This document shows, piece by piece, positions 30,258 through 39,580 of a DNA stretch of 64,000 nucleotides. The stretch comes from Daejeonella sp. GTDB lineage: Bacteria > Bacteroidota > Bacteroidia > Sphingobacteriales > Sphingobacteriaceae. The notes under the pieces were generated by a model. The model saw only the letters and a program-made list of their open reading frames with translations, was not told where the DNA came from and ran no database searches. How positions within the stretch are numbered: the stretch's first letter is position 1; each line of letters begins with the position of its first letter. The stretch spans positions 15,303-79,302 of the forward strand of contig NZ_DASWXT010000068.1 of NCBI RefSeq assembly GCF_036405355.1, given 5' to 3'. The position numbers and the translations under genes are program-made.

Positions 30258-31331
30258 CTATTTAGATAGAAATTCTGCAAGCAGAAGTTCTTTAACAAAC
30301 TGGTCATCAATAAGATGAGGATAAGATTTACACACCCGATCAATTTCTTCCATCTGTCCTGGTGATAATTCTTCCTTAGGATTCAGACACCAGCGGCCTT
30401 CCAGTAAACCCTGTCTTCGTAAAACCTCATGAATACCAGGAATGCATCCGTGAAAATTATTTGCAGGATCGAAGATTGCAGCATTCATATCTGTCACCTC
30501 AATTCCTTTGGTTAGTAATTCCGCAATACCCTTATTGCCATTGGCTTTACAGGCCTTTATTTCTTCAAGCAATTTAACAGCTGCCCTTGTCCATACGGCC
30601 CAATGGCCAAGCAAGCCACCAACAAACTCCTTTTCAACCCTTTTACCGTTTATTGCGAAACTGTATTTCGTCAACAGATCAGGTATGATATTATCATCAT
30701 TACCTGTGTACAGATCGATTTCATTGCATCTTGAGGATGCGCACACGGCTCTGACTACGTCGAGAGTCTGATAACGGTTAAATGCAGCTACTTTAATTGC
30801 CTCTATATTTTTTATTTCAGCAAACTCCTGCCAGAATTCATATGTAAAGATACGTCCACCAACCGAAGGCTGAAGGTAAAATCCAATAACAGGCATAACA
30901 GCCGCCACATCGCGAACACGCTGAAGAATGGCTTTCTCGGTCCATGATTGGAGTCCGCCCATACTGAGTAACCCTAGATCAAAACCATATTTCAATGCTG
31001 TTTCTGCTTCCTTAACTGCCTGTGCAGTTGGTCCGCAAATTCCTGCAATCTTAATAAATGGTCTACCCGGTTTTGAAGCATCGATCTCATCTGAGACAAC
31101 CCTCAAAACGGTTTCAAATAGGTTAATTTCCGGATCCCTGATCTCAAATTGTGTTGAATGCACTGCAACAGCAAGGCCTCCGGCCCCTGTAGCAACATAA
31201 TATCTGGCAAGTCCTCTCTGACGAGCTTCATCAAACTGCCGGGAAGAGTTTAAAGCCAATGGAATTGCTGGTAGAACTGTTCCACTTTGCAGTAAACTTT
31301 TAAGCGCCGGATCTAATGTTTTGGTTGACAT
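30258..31331 (-). CDS. Dihydrodipicolinate synthase-like (class I aldolase) protein
   Basis: AVAVHSTQF, GFYLQP, AIKVAAF (Schiff-base Lys), YTGNDD. Confidence 0.8.
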   Translation of the reverse strand: MSTKTLDPALKSLLQSGTVLPAIPLALNSSRQFDEARQRGLARYYVATGAGGLAVAVHSTQFEIRDPEINLFETVLRVVSDEIDASKPGRPFIKIAGICGPTAQAVKEAETALKYGFDLGLLSMGGLQSWTEKAILQRVRDVAAVMPVIGFYLQPSVGGRIFTYEFWQEFAEIKNIEAIKVAAFNRYQTLDVVRAVCASSRCNEIDLYTGNDDNIIPDLLTKYSFAINGKRVEKEFVGGLLGHWAVWTRAAVKLLEEIKACKANGNKGIAELLTKGIEVTDMNAAIFDPANNFHGCIPGIHEVLRRQGLLEGRWCLNPKEELSPGQMEEIDRVCKSYPHLIDDQFVKELLLAEFLSK

Positions 31332-31362
31332 ATTTTAATCAATTTATCTTAAAAAAATCTAT

Positions 31363-32379
31363 TTAAAACTGACCTTTTCTTTCCTGGAAATGAGTAGGCT
31401 TATTAATCATTTTTCCCCCACCCTGAAGCCACGCTACAGTCATTTCAATCATATCTCGGACTGTTACTCTTGGATAGCCAAATAACTTGTGCGCTTTGGA
31501 TGCGTTACTTAATAATGCATTGGGTTGAGGATCATTCACAAATAATGGCTCCTTATTCATTAAAAGTCCAAACTGCTCTGCAACCCATTTAACTGATAAA
31601 GTCTCCGGACCGGTAACATTAAGAATATTTGCCGGAACTTCACAATGCAGTAAAGAACGAATGGCAATCTCATTCGCATCACCCTGCCAGATCACATTCA
31701 CACTACCGGTTGTAAGGTCAATGGCCCTTCCTTCATTTACAGACTTTGCAATCTCCAGCAAAACGCCGTAACGAAGATCAATAGCATAATTTAAACGATA
31801 AATCAAGGTTGGAATCTGGTATCTTTCAGAGAAATACTGAAAGATACGTTCTCTGCCTAAACATGACTGACCATATTCACCTACTGGCGCCGGAACATGA
31901 TCTTCAGAAAGACCGCCTGAGCCGATTGGCGTGAAGGGATAAACATTTCCTGTAGAAAAGGCAACTATACGTGAATCTTTATATCGTTCAGCAACACGGC
32001 CGGGCAGATAAGAATTCATAGCCCATGTAAAAGGTTCTTTTCCAGTAGTTCCGAATTTGGTACCTGCAAGGTAAATTATATTTGGTGCATCAGGTAAAGC
32101 AGCAAGGTCCTTTTCATTCAACAGATCGGCAGATATCGTTTCAATACCATCTGCTTCAAGTTCTTCACGAGTACCTGCTTCAGAAAATCGTGAAATTCCA
32201 ATAATTTTTTTGTCGATTCCCGCCTGAGTTATAGCTCTGCGAGCCAGTTTTGCCATACTCGGCCCCATTTTCCCACCAACACCCAACAAAATTATGTCCC
32301 CATCGATCTTTGCGATATCGTTGATCAAAGCATCTGTTGGCTTTAATAATTCTTGTTCTAATACTTCTAAATCAGTCAT
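31363..32379 (-). CDS. NAD-dependent epimerase/dehydratase (atypical extended SDR)
   Basis: LGVGGKMG, FSTGNVY, YGQSC in place of YxxxK. Confidence 0.8.
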   Translation of the reverse strand: MTDLEVLEQELLKPTDALINDIAKIDGDIILLGVGGKMGPSMAKLARRAITQAGIDKKIIGISRFSEAGTREELEADGIETISADLLNEKDLAALPDAPNIIYLAGTKFGTTGKEPFTWAMNSYLPGRVAERYKDSRIVAFSTGNVYPFTPIGSGGLSEDHVPAPVGEYGQSCLGRERIFQYFSERYQIPTLIYRLNYAIDLRYGVLLEIAKSVNEGRAIDLTTGSVNVIWQGDANEIAIRSLLHCEVPANILNVTGPETLSVKWVAEQFGLLMNKEPLFVNDPQPNALLSNASKAHKLFGYPRVTVRDMIEMTVAWLQGGGKMINKPTHFQERKGQF

Positions 32380-32551
32380 TTTTAATCTTAATTATATAAC
32401 AATTCATTAACACGATCATCTTACAGGATGATGATCAGGCAAAAAAATCTATGTTCCAGCCAGTGCTGAAAAATACAAAACTATTTTTGTAACCTATATT
32501 CTATCTCAACAAAGCCCTGCAGCTCGATTAAACCCTGTTATTATTCTAAAT

Positions 32552-33955
32552 TTACTTTTTTAAAGCCATTTCTGCTGCTTTTGTAGTTGTGTAATACTTA
32601 GCAAGCATATTTGGCACCTCCCAGGCTGGAAGTTCTGCTCCTTTTAAATAAGTCAGGTAATTTTTTACAACTTCAGCAAAATGTTCTTCATGAGGCACTT
32701 TAAGCATTTCAGGTATAATCAACTCCCATTCTTTGCCAGCTTTCTTCACAGCAAGACCAGGATATAAAGCTTGCAACCTTCCTATTGCATCCATTAATTG
32801 TTTTTCAGAATTTGGTCCTGAATTCAGTAATTCAAGATAAACTACCGGCTTATAGTTTTGCTCTTTACCCTGTCTAATTAAGATATTGGCTTTAGTTCCC
32901 CTCATTTTGGCAAAATGTGTATCTCCAGATCCCTCAGGTGCTTCATAATTCCATTTTATCCCAACACGTGCATGAACACCTTTAATTGTATAATTCATTT
33001 CACCGTTTGACATTACATTCAAAATGCCATTTTTGATGTATTTCTGAAGGTAATCAGGGAACTGGTCCTTTTTAGTTGATTTCTGAAACTGTTCCAGGTT
33101 GAGCTGTGTAGGCCACTCCTTTGCTGAAAGCATATTGATATCCTTCTTATAATCAAGGACTACATCAGGAAAACATTCCCATTGAATAAGGTCCACCATG
33201 TGTGTGGTAATATCAACCAGTCCGCGACCCTCCTGTTCCACATCAAAGAACCATGCGGGTCTTACCAGGGGCTTACCTGATACATTCTTATAAAAATGGT
33301 GAACACTTTCCTGCATTACTGCCGGATTATCAGGAGTGCCCTTTTCCAATGAGCCAAAAAATGCTGTATCCTGACTTAATGCACGCTGAAGAACATAGTA
33401 AATATTGTAGCGTTCTGTCATGATATCGTACAAAACAACGTTTTTCTCCTTTGCTTTTGCAAAGGCACTTTCAAGTGACCTGAACCCATCCTGATCAATT
33501 GCCAATGGCTTATCAGCAAGTACATTCATTCCTGAATCAATTGCCCGACTGATATAATTCGTCTTTAATTTATTGTTACCAGAAATAATGACCACATTTC
33601 CCGCCTTCTCACTGAACATTTTTTCAAGATAATCAGGACCACGGTAAATTTCATGTTTCCATGATGTCGGATTCTCCTCCCTTGAATTATAACTATCAAC
33701 CAGTTTCATGTGATTATCTAATTCTGATCCTTCTGGAGCATAGATGTGAACTACTGAATCAATCTCATCATACATTGATTTTTGCAGTAAGGCAGCATGG
33801 AAATGACCGGGGTCAAGAGTGATAATGCGAATTTTCTCATCTTTCATATCACCATTAGGCTGTTTATTGCCACAACTGCTACCTGTGAGCAAAATAGCTG
33901 TTCCAAACATCAGGAATGTATTCCTGACAAATGAGAATGTCTGTTTATTCTTCAT
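32552..33955 (-). CDS. Gfo/Idh/MocA-like oxidoreductase lipoprotein with long C-terminal domain
   Basis: Lipobox LTGSSC; LDPGHFHA, VLADKP, DIMTERY, DITTH. Confidence 0.78.
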   Translation of the reverse strand: MKNKQTFSFVRNTFLMFGTAILLTGSSCGNKQPNGDMKDEKIRIITLDPGHFHAALLQKSMYDEIDSVVHIYAPEGSELDNHMKLVDSYNSREENPTSWKHEIYRGPDYLEKMFSEKAGNVVIISGNNKLKTNYISRAIDSGMNVLADKPLAIDQDGFRSLESAFAKAKEKNVVLYDIMTERYNIYYVLQRALSQDTAFFGSLEKGTPDNPAVMQESVHHFYKNVSGKPLVRPAWFFDVEQEGRGLVDITTHMVDLIQWECFPDVVLDYKKDINMLSAKEWPTQLNLEQFQKSTKKDQFPDYLQKYIKNGILNVMSNGEMNYTIKGVHARVGIKWNYEAPEGSGDTHFAKMRGTKANILIRQGKEQNYKPVVYLELLNSGPNSEKQLMDAIGRLQALYPGLAVKKAGKEWELIIPEMLKVPHEEHFAEVVKNYLTYLKGAELPAWEVPNMLAKYYTTTKAAEMALKK

Positions 33956-33981
33956 AAATCCAATTTTAATGTTCAATGTTC

Positions 33982-34665
33982 TTATAATTCCCTTATTTGA
34001 ATATTCTTAAAGTAAGCCTTATTACCATGATCCTGAAGTCCTATCTTGCCATCCGGGGATAATCCATAATCCGGGTATTCCTTCCACTTACCTTCAGATC
34101 TAAGCTTATGCCATGCCTTGGTCCATGCTTTGAATTTAACAATCCGGATGCCGTTTAGCCAATGTTCTACACGCCCATTATTAAAGATAATCCGGGAAGT
34201 ATTCCATTCCCCTACCGGTTTAAGTATCTTATTTTCACTTGGAGAATACATTGCATAATCGGCACCAGCCTTTTGTGAATCTTCCAGTTTAGCAGGAAAA
34301 TTTACGTCATCAATAATCTGATATTCAGGTGAGGTCTCGATTGCCCTTTTGTACTTTGGATCTTCCACAATATGGTAGAAAACACCACTATTGCTCCCTT
34401 TGTCAACTTTCCATTCCCATCTTAGTTCAAAATTCCGGAATGAGCGATCGGTGATAATATCTCCTGATCCACTGGGACCTTTGGCTCCTAAACATACCAG
34501 TGAGCCATTTTCTATCTTCCAGTTTTTAATTTCTTTGGTGCTGTTAAAGTGGTGCCAGCCATTCAGACTTTTCCCATCAAAAAGACTGATCCATCCCTTC
34601 CCGGGATCAGCAATAGAAGTGTAAGTGATAAAAATAAGGGCCAAAAGCAACTGGATTCTCTTCAT
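33982..34665 (-). CDS. DUF1080 (3-keto-glycoside hydrolase-like) protein
   Basis: WISLFDGKSL.GW, NSGVFY, EYQIID, GEWN, IGLQDHG. Confidence 0.9.
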   Translation of the reverse strand: MKRIQLLLALIFITYTSIADPGKGWISLFDGKSLNGWHHFNSTKEIKNWKIENGSLVCLGAKGPSGSGDIITDRSFRNFELRWEWKVDKGSNSGVFYHIVEDPKYKRAIETSPEYQIIDDVNFPAKLEDSQKAGADYAMYSPSENKILKPVGEWNTSRIIFNNGRVEHWLNGIRIVKFKAWTKAWHKLRSEGKWKEYPDYGLSPDGKIGLQDHGNKAYFKNIQIREL

Positions 34666-34674
34666 AAAATTTTC

Positions 34675-34688
34675 CGTTTACGTACACG
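34675..34688. promoter_or_regulatory. Operator copy 4
   Basis: CGTTTACGTACACG, 9 bp upstream of the DUF1080 ATG. Confidence 0.8.
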
Positions 34689-34799
34689 TAAATATAGTAG
34701 ATTTCATTTTGAATTCTAAATAGAGCGATAGATAGTGTCGGTAAGAAATAAAATATGAAACCAGAGCGATGCGGAATTGCTATCAAATATCTTTTCACA

Positions 34800-34821
34800 T
34801 TCCCTATTCCCTATTTCCCTA
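34800..34821 (-). repeat. Short heptamer array starting at a stop codon
   Basis: Minus strand TAGGGAAA-TAGGGAA-TAGGGAA; first TAG is the stop of the 34819 gene. Confidence 0.8.
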
Positions 34822-36192
34822 CTTACCATTTCTAATCAGACCGTTCTTCTCTGAAAGTTTAATTACTTCATTTAAGATCCTTGTTTCGATACCTACCTGC
34901 CACTTGGAAGGCAGACCATAAACGGTGTGAGATTCACCTTCATAAGAACCTTCTTTTAGCACCAGTGATGAAGGAACATAGGCCATAACATCGTTTGAAT
35001 ATCCATATACAAATGCATCAGCGCCCAGCATTTGTTTAATTTTTATAGAATATTCAATCAGAAGTTCACCTCCAAGACTTACAATGGGCTGATCTCCTAT
35101 CGACCATACCTGAACAGGATATGGGTAAGATGTTATTAATTTTTCTCCTGATCTGATCTTACCCCTCATACGTTCGGCCCATCTCTTTTGGTAGGGAACT
35201 GTAGTAGAGCTTATGAATTTTGTATATTCTGCCTCAGTTGGAGGAGTTGCCAGCGGAAGGTCCAATTCTGAGTAACTTGTAATCAATCCTGAAGGCAATT
35301 TCCTCATATCTTCTTCCAGTACCCGCTCAACTGCTGCAGCCAGTTCCTTTCCATATTGCTTAGCCAAAGGGACAGTATGTCTTGGTAAAGGATTCTGATC
35401 AGCACCTGCACTTTGAAAAAACATTGCAGTGGCGCCGGGATAAGCTTTTTCTAGCTCAATCTGTGTAAATCCGGGATAATCACCCGACCAATCATAACCA
35501 CTTAAGACTGTTGGATGACAGGCATATCCAAAAGCAATTGCTTTAATATCTCCTTTTGCATTCAAAACCTTGATTACCGGTACTGCATAATCATTGGGGC
35601 CCTGCAGTTCAGTAAGCTGGGTAAGTAAATTTGCTACATTGTTCCGGCGGTTCACCTGAAATCGAACAACCCCATTCTGAGAATAAAGCCCTGCTGGTTC
35701 AAGATTCTTTAGAGCCTCTCCTACCATAGTTACTACCTGATCCTCCAGTATTTTGGTGTATTGTTTAATACTTTCTATTTGCTGATTATCAAGGACGTAA
35801 ATATCCATGAGCGCATCCCCAATTACAGGCCCTGAGTGCGTATGGGAACTGTTCAACAAAATCTGAGCACGATCTAATCCATATTTTGATTTTATCCGGT
35901 CTCTGATCCGGTCAGATACATCTTTAGGGAAACCCAAAAGATCAGAACTGATCATTACAGCCTTATTTCCTTTTGAATCTTCGAGAGCCAGAGCCTTTGC
36001 CCATATCGGATGCAAAGTGCCTTCTGATGAATGGGTACGGGAAGCAAAACCGGCCATAGGCATTGCCATCTTAGGGGTAATATCGGCTTTGCCAACACCA
36101 GCTTTCCATTCAAGGCCAGGAGTATGCTGCGCCTGAACCGGATTTATGAAGGCCACGATGATTAAAAGCAGATTAAAGATTGAAATTTTCAT
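34819..36192 (-). CDS. Secreted neutral/alkaline ceramidase-family amidase
   Basis: AGVGKADITP, LSSSHTHSGP-like SSHTHSGP, YACHPT, GELLIEY, GYSND...Y.P...GSYE. Confidence 0.8.
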   Translation of the reverse strand: MKISIFNLLLIIVAFINPVQAQHTPGLEWKAGVGKADITPKMAMPMAGFASRTHSSEGTLHPIWAKALALEDSKGNKAVMISSDLLGFPKDVSDRIRDRIKSKYGLDRAQILLNSSHTHSGPVIGDALMDIYVLDNQQIESIKQYTKILEDQVVTMVGEALKNLEPAGLYSQNGVVRFQVNRRNNVANLLTQLTELQGPNDYAVPVIKVLNAKGDIKAIAFGYACHPTVLSGYDWSGDYPGFTQIELEKAYPGATAMFFQSAGADQNPLPRHTVPLAKQYGKELAAAVERVLEEDMRKLPSGLITSYSELDLPLATPPTEAEYTKFISSTTVPYQKRWAERMRGKIRSGEKLITSYPYPVQVWSIGDQPIVSLGGELLIEYSIKIKQMLGADAFVYGYSNDVMAYVPSSLVLKEGSYEGESHTVYGLPSKWQVGIETRILNEVIKLSEKNGLIRNGK

Positions 36193-36236
36193 TCTGAAGG
36201 TTTTAAGATATTTAAGTTTGAATAATTTATAGATGC

Positions 36237-37235
36237 TTATGAAAGTTTGAATAATTTTTGGGCATTCTCAAACAGGATTTTCCTTTCGATCGCTTTATTT
36301 GGAGCTAATTTACGGATAGCAGGTATGATATTAGCCCCAAGACAGGATTTTCCGGTACCCGATGAGTCAGAGCAGTCACTTCCAAAAAGTAATTTATCCT
36401 GATGACGTTCTAAAAATCCGCGGGCATGATCTTCATCTCTGGTCAGCGATCCTAATCCGGAACCTGCTGAAAAATCACCGAACATATTTGGATATTCTGT
36501 AAGCAGGCGATCTGTAAGTCCGCCCCTGGTGACATTACCTTTTGGATAAAGAATATTCTGATCGATGTGATTCTTATCTATATCAGCCCACCAGGTTTGT
36601 GCATGACCAATAAAATTCACTTTTGGGTATTTCTTCAGCATAGTGTGAAAACGTTCAATGCCTCTGTTATACATATTATACTGCCAATGCATCAGAACGG
36701 GAACATTATAAGACTGAGCCAGTTCATAAATATTTTGCATCGCCGGAGAATCGCAATCGAGTCCGAATTTGAGTTCCCCGATAACAGGAGCACCAAGCTT
36801 CAGATATTTTTCAATTTCCTGTACTGCACCCGGCATATCCGGAACTTCATTTGCACCGAAAATAAACTCATCAGAATGAGCTTTTGCAAATTGATAGCAT
36901 ATTTCATTACCAGTGGCTTTAGCCTGCAGTCCGTTGCTATAACCATAATAGGTTGAGCCATAACTAAGCGGACGACCTGCAGGCAATAGAATTGTTTTAG
37001 TCACTCCCATTGCACGCTGATGAGGTATCAGCAAATCATTTGATCTTCCACTGTAATCTGTATGCTGGTGTATATCAATAATTGGCTCTGCAGCATTTCT
37101 AAGATCCAAAACTGCATTCTGATCCAGAGTATTTGCAATCAAGGAAGGAACAAATCCCATAGTTAGGGCAGCACCAAGTCCTACCATTGAATTTTTGATA
37201 ATAAATTCTCGTCTTGAATATTCTTTTTTAAGCAT
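36237..37235 (-). CDS. Tat-exported amidohydrolase
   Basis: YSRREFII; IDIHQH, IGELKF, LMHW, IGHAQ, LFGSD. Confidence 0.85.
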   Translation of the reverse strand: MLKKEYSRREFIIKNSMVGLGAALTMGFVPSLIANTLDQNAVLDLRNAAEPIIDIHQHTDYSGRSNDLLIPHQRAMGVTKTILLPAGRPLSYGSTYYGYSNGLQAKATGNEICYQFAKAHSDEFIFGANEVPDMPGAVQEIEKYLKLGAPVIGELKFGLDCDSPAMQNIYELAQSYNVPVLMHWQYNMYNRGIERFHTMLKKYPKVNFIGHAQTWWADIDKNHIDQNILYPKGNVTRGGLTDRLLTEYPNMFGDFSAGSGLGSLTRDEDHARGFLERHQDKLLFGSDCSDSSGTGKSCLGANIIPAIRKLAPNKAIERKILFENAQKLFKLS

Positions 37236-37252
37236 TCCGGAAGCTGATTAAA

Positions 37253-38338
37253 TTATTTAAATTCAGTATATCTGGGTGTATGGCCCAGTATTTTATCAAT
37301 AAAAGCATAGGCTTCTTTACGGCTTTCGAGAGGAAAATCGTGTTCATCGTCAGGGTAGCGTACCTGCAGTTTATCTAATGAATTGAGGTTCCGGTATATC
37401 GGCTCTACCAATGCAATTCCTGCCTGAACACCTTTATAATCAAAATTGGCATCCCTGCTTGGAGAAACTGAAAAGAATGCCCTTGGAGCTATTGCTGCAA
37501 TCATAAGATTAAAGTCAAAAGGAACCTTTTTATTTTCCAGATTATACTTTGTTCTTAACAATGGCATATAGCGGGTTTGAGCCCAGGGACCAAGTCTTCC
37601 ACCATACTTCTTTTCAGCCTCGGCTCCAATATTGTAAAAATCAAGTTGTGTCCATCCGCAACTGCTAACAGCAACTTTTATGCGCTCATCCATTGCAGCC
37701 AGGAATATAGAATTATGTCCACCAAGAGAATGTCCTAACACACCAATATTTTCTGCATCCACATCAGCCCGGCTTTGAAGCAAATCAATACAACGCATGT
37801 GATTAAAAATACCTTTCATTGTACCTGATTTATAACGATCCGTATCAAAATTATAATCTTCAGTATCACCAAAGCTTGGGAAATCAGGAGCAATTACAAT
37901 ATATCCCCGCTGAGCAAGTTCCCTAGCATGGGAGCGGTTAGCTTTATTTCCCTGTCCATCAACAGCCTTTCTACCTAAAGGGTCAGTCTCATGTAAAACC
38001 AGCATTGCCGGTAATTTTTGGGGAGTACCGGTCTGTTCCGGAACATACAGATATAAAGGAAGAACCTCATTGTTTTCCACTGTGAAAAGTATATTATACC
38101 GAATGAAACCAGATTCCTTAACACTGTCAATAACCTGAATATCAGAACGTTTTATAGCAGTTCTCTTAGGTAAATTACCCATTACCTTTTGCATATTCTC
38201 TAATACTTCCTTTCTGTATTTTTGATGATCCCCCTGAACAGTATTTTCCTGAGCAATTGCTAAGGCAGGAAAAAGTAAAAAGAGAATGATAAAAATTGGT
38301 CTTGTACCTGCAATTTGACGGCTTTTCGGCTTTATCAT
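37253..38338 (-). CDS. Secreted alpha/beta hydrolase (esterase)
   Basis: GHSLGG nucleophile elbow, D and H (HDFP) of the triad. Confidence 0.85.
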   Translation of the reverse strand: MIKPKSRQIAGTRPIFIILFLLFPALAIAQENTVQGDHQKYRKEVLENMQKVMGNLPKRTAIKRSDIQVIDSVKESGFIRYNILFTVENNEVLPLYLYVPEQTGTPQKLPAMLVLHETDPLGRKAVDGQGNKANRSHARELAQRGYIVIAPDFPSFGDTEDYNFDTDRYKSGTMKGIFNHMRCIDLLQSRADVDAENIGVLGHSLGGHNSIFLAAMDERIKVAVSSCGWTQLDFYNIGAEAEKKYGGRLGPWAQTRYMPLLRTKYNLENKKVPFDFNLMIAAIAPRAFFSVSPSRDANFDYKGVQAGIALVEPIYRNLNSLDKLQVRYPDDEHDFPLESRKEAYAFIDKILGHTPRYTEFK

Positions 38339-38387
38339 GGGATGGGAATATTTTTAATAAATATATAATCAAAAAATCAAAAACGAA

Positions 38388-39488
38388 TTACTTTACAGGT
38401 GCATAAAGTGGTGTATGTCCAAGAGTTCTATCTAAAAAGCCATAAACCTCTTTGCGATTTTCAACCGGAAAATCATGACCAGCATCCGGATAACGTACCT
38501 GTAACAAATCCGCTGCTACCAAACTATAGTAAACTTTTTCAGCCAGTGAAATACCTGCTCTCACACCATTTACATCAAAGTTTGCATCCTTGAGAGGTGA
38601 TACAGAGAAAAATGCTCGTGGAGCAATAGCTGTTATAATATCATCAAAATTGAAGGGTATCAGTTTCGCATCCAGTTTATATTTTGTGCGTATAAGCGGC
38701 ATGTACCTTGTTTGTGCCCAGGGACCAAGTCTGCCACCATATTTTTTTGATCCTTCATCACCTATATTATAATATTCAAACTGGGTCCAGCCACTGCTCG
38801 ATACTGCAACCTTTAATCGGGTATCAAAAGCGGCAACAAACATTGCGTTATGTCCACCAAGAGAATGACCTATGACACCGATATTTTCAGAATCAACATC
38901 TGCTCTGCTCTGCAGCAGATCAATACAACGCATATGATTAAATATTGCCTGCATCGTGGCTGATTCATATCTGTCGGTATCAAAATTATGATCCTTCAGA
39001 TCACCAAAACTTGGGTAATCAGGGGCAATAACAACATAGCCGCGTTCTGCAAGTTCACGGGCATGTGCCCGGTTTGGTAGTGGACCCTGACCATCTACAA
39101 CACCTTTTCCGAGTACACTTGTTCCATGCAAAACAAGCATAGCGGGGATTCTTTGAATACTACCTCTTTGTTTTGGCACATAGAGGTAAACAGGTAATCG
39201 TTCATTTACTGCGACTGCGAAACTTAGTGTATACCGGGTAAATCTATCCTCCTTTACACTGTCAATGATCTTAATATCAAAGTCAGGTAAATTTGAACGA
39301 TCAGGAAGTTTACCCATCACTTTTTCCATACGCAGTAAGATCTGCTGCCTTTTCTTTTCATGAGAAGCAGAACTTTTAACTGGCAGATCCCTTATTTCAT
39401 TTACATAATTCAATTCCTGCCAAATATGAGTAGGCAAAAAATTATAAGTTAAAAACAGGATCAAAAGAAATTTTGAGATCAAAGTCAT
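38388..39488 (-). CDS. Secreted alpha/beta hydrolase, paralogue of 37253 gene
   Basis: GHSLGG, HDFP. Start moved to MTLISK (39488) because the track start lies inside the terminator. Confidence 0.85.
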   Translation of the reverse strand: MTLISKFLLILFLTYNFLPTHIWQELNYVNEIRDLPVKSSASHEKKRQQILLRMEKVMGKLPDRSNLPDFDIKIIDSVKEDRFTRYTLSFAVAVNERLPVYLYVPKQRGSIQRIPAMLVLHGTSVLGKGVVDGQGPLPNRAHARELAERGYVVIAPDYPSFGDLKDHNFDTDRYESATMQAIFNHMRCIDLLQSRADVDSENIGVIGHSLGGHNAMFVAAFDTRLKVAVSSSGWTQFEYYNIGDEGSKKYGGRLGPWAQTRYMPLIRTKYKLDAKLIPFNFDDIITAIAPRAFFSVSPLKDANFDVNGVRAGISLAEKVYYSLVAADLLQVRYPDAGHDFPVENRKEVYGFLDRTLGHTPLYAPVK

Positions 39489-39519
39489 ATCCTCTGATTT
39501 TAAATTTTCGGAATATACT

Positions 39520-39562
39520 ATAAAAATAAAAGGACTAACCCGCATTTACGGATTAATCCTTT
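39520..39562 (-). terminator. Rho-independent terminator after susC-susD-lipoprotein
   Basis: AAAGGATTAATCCG-TAAATG-CGGGTTAGTCCTTT followed by TATTTTTA. Confidence 0.75.
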
Positions 39563-39580
39563 TATCTGATTTAAATCAAA

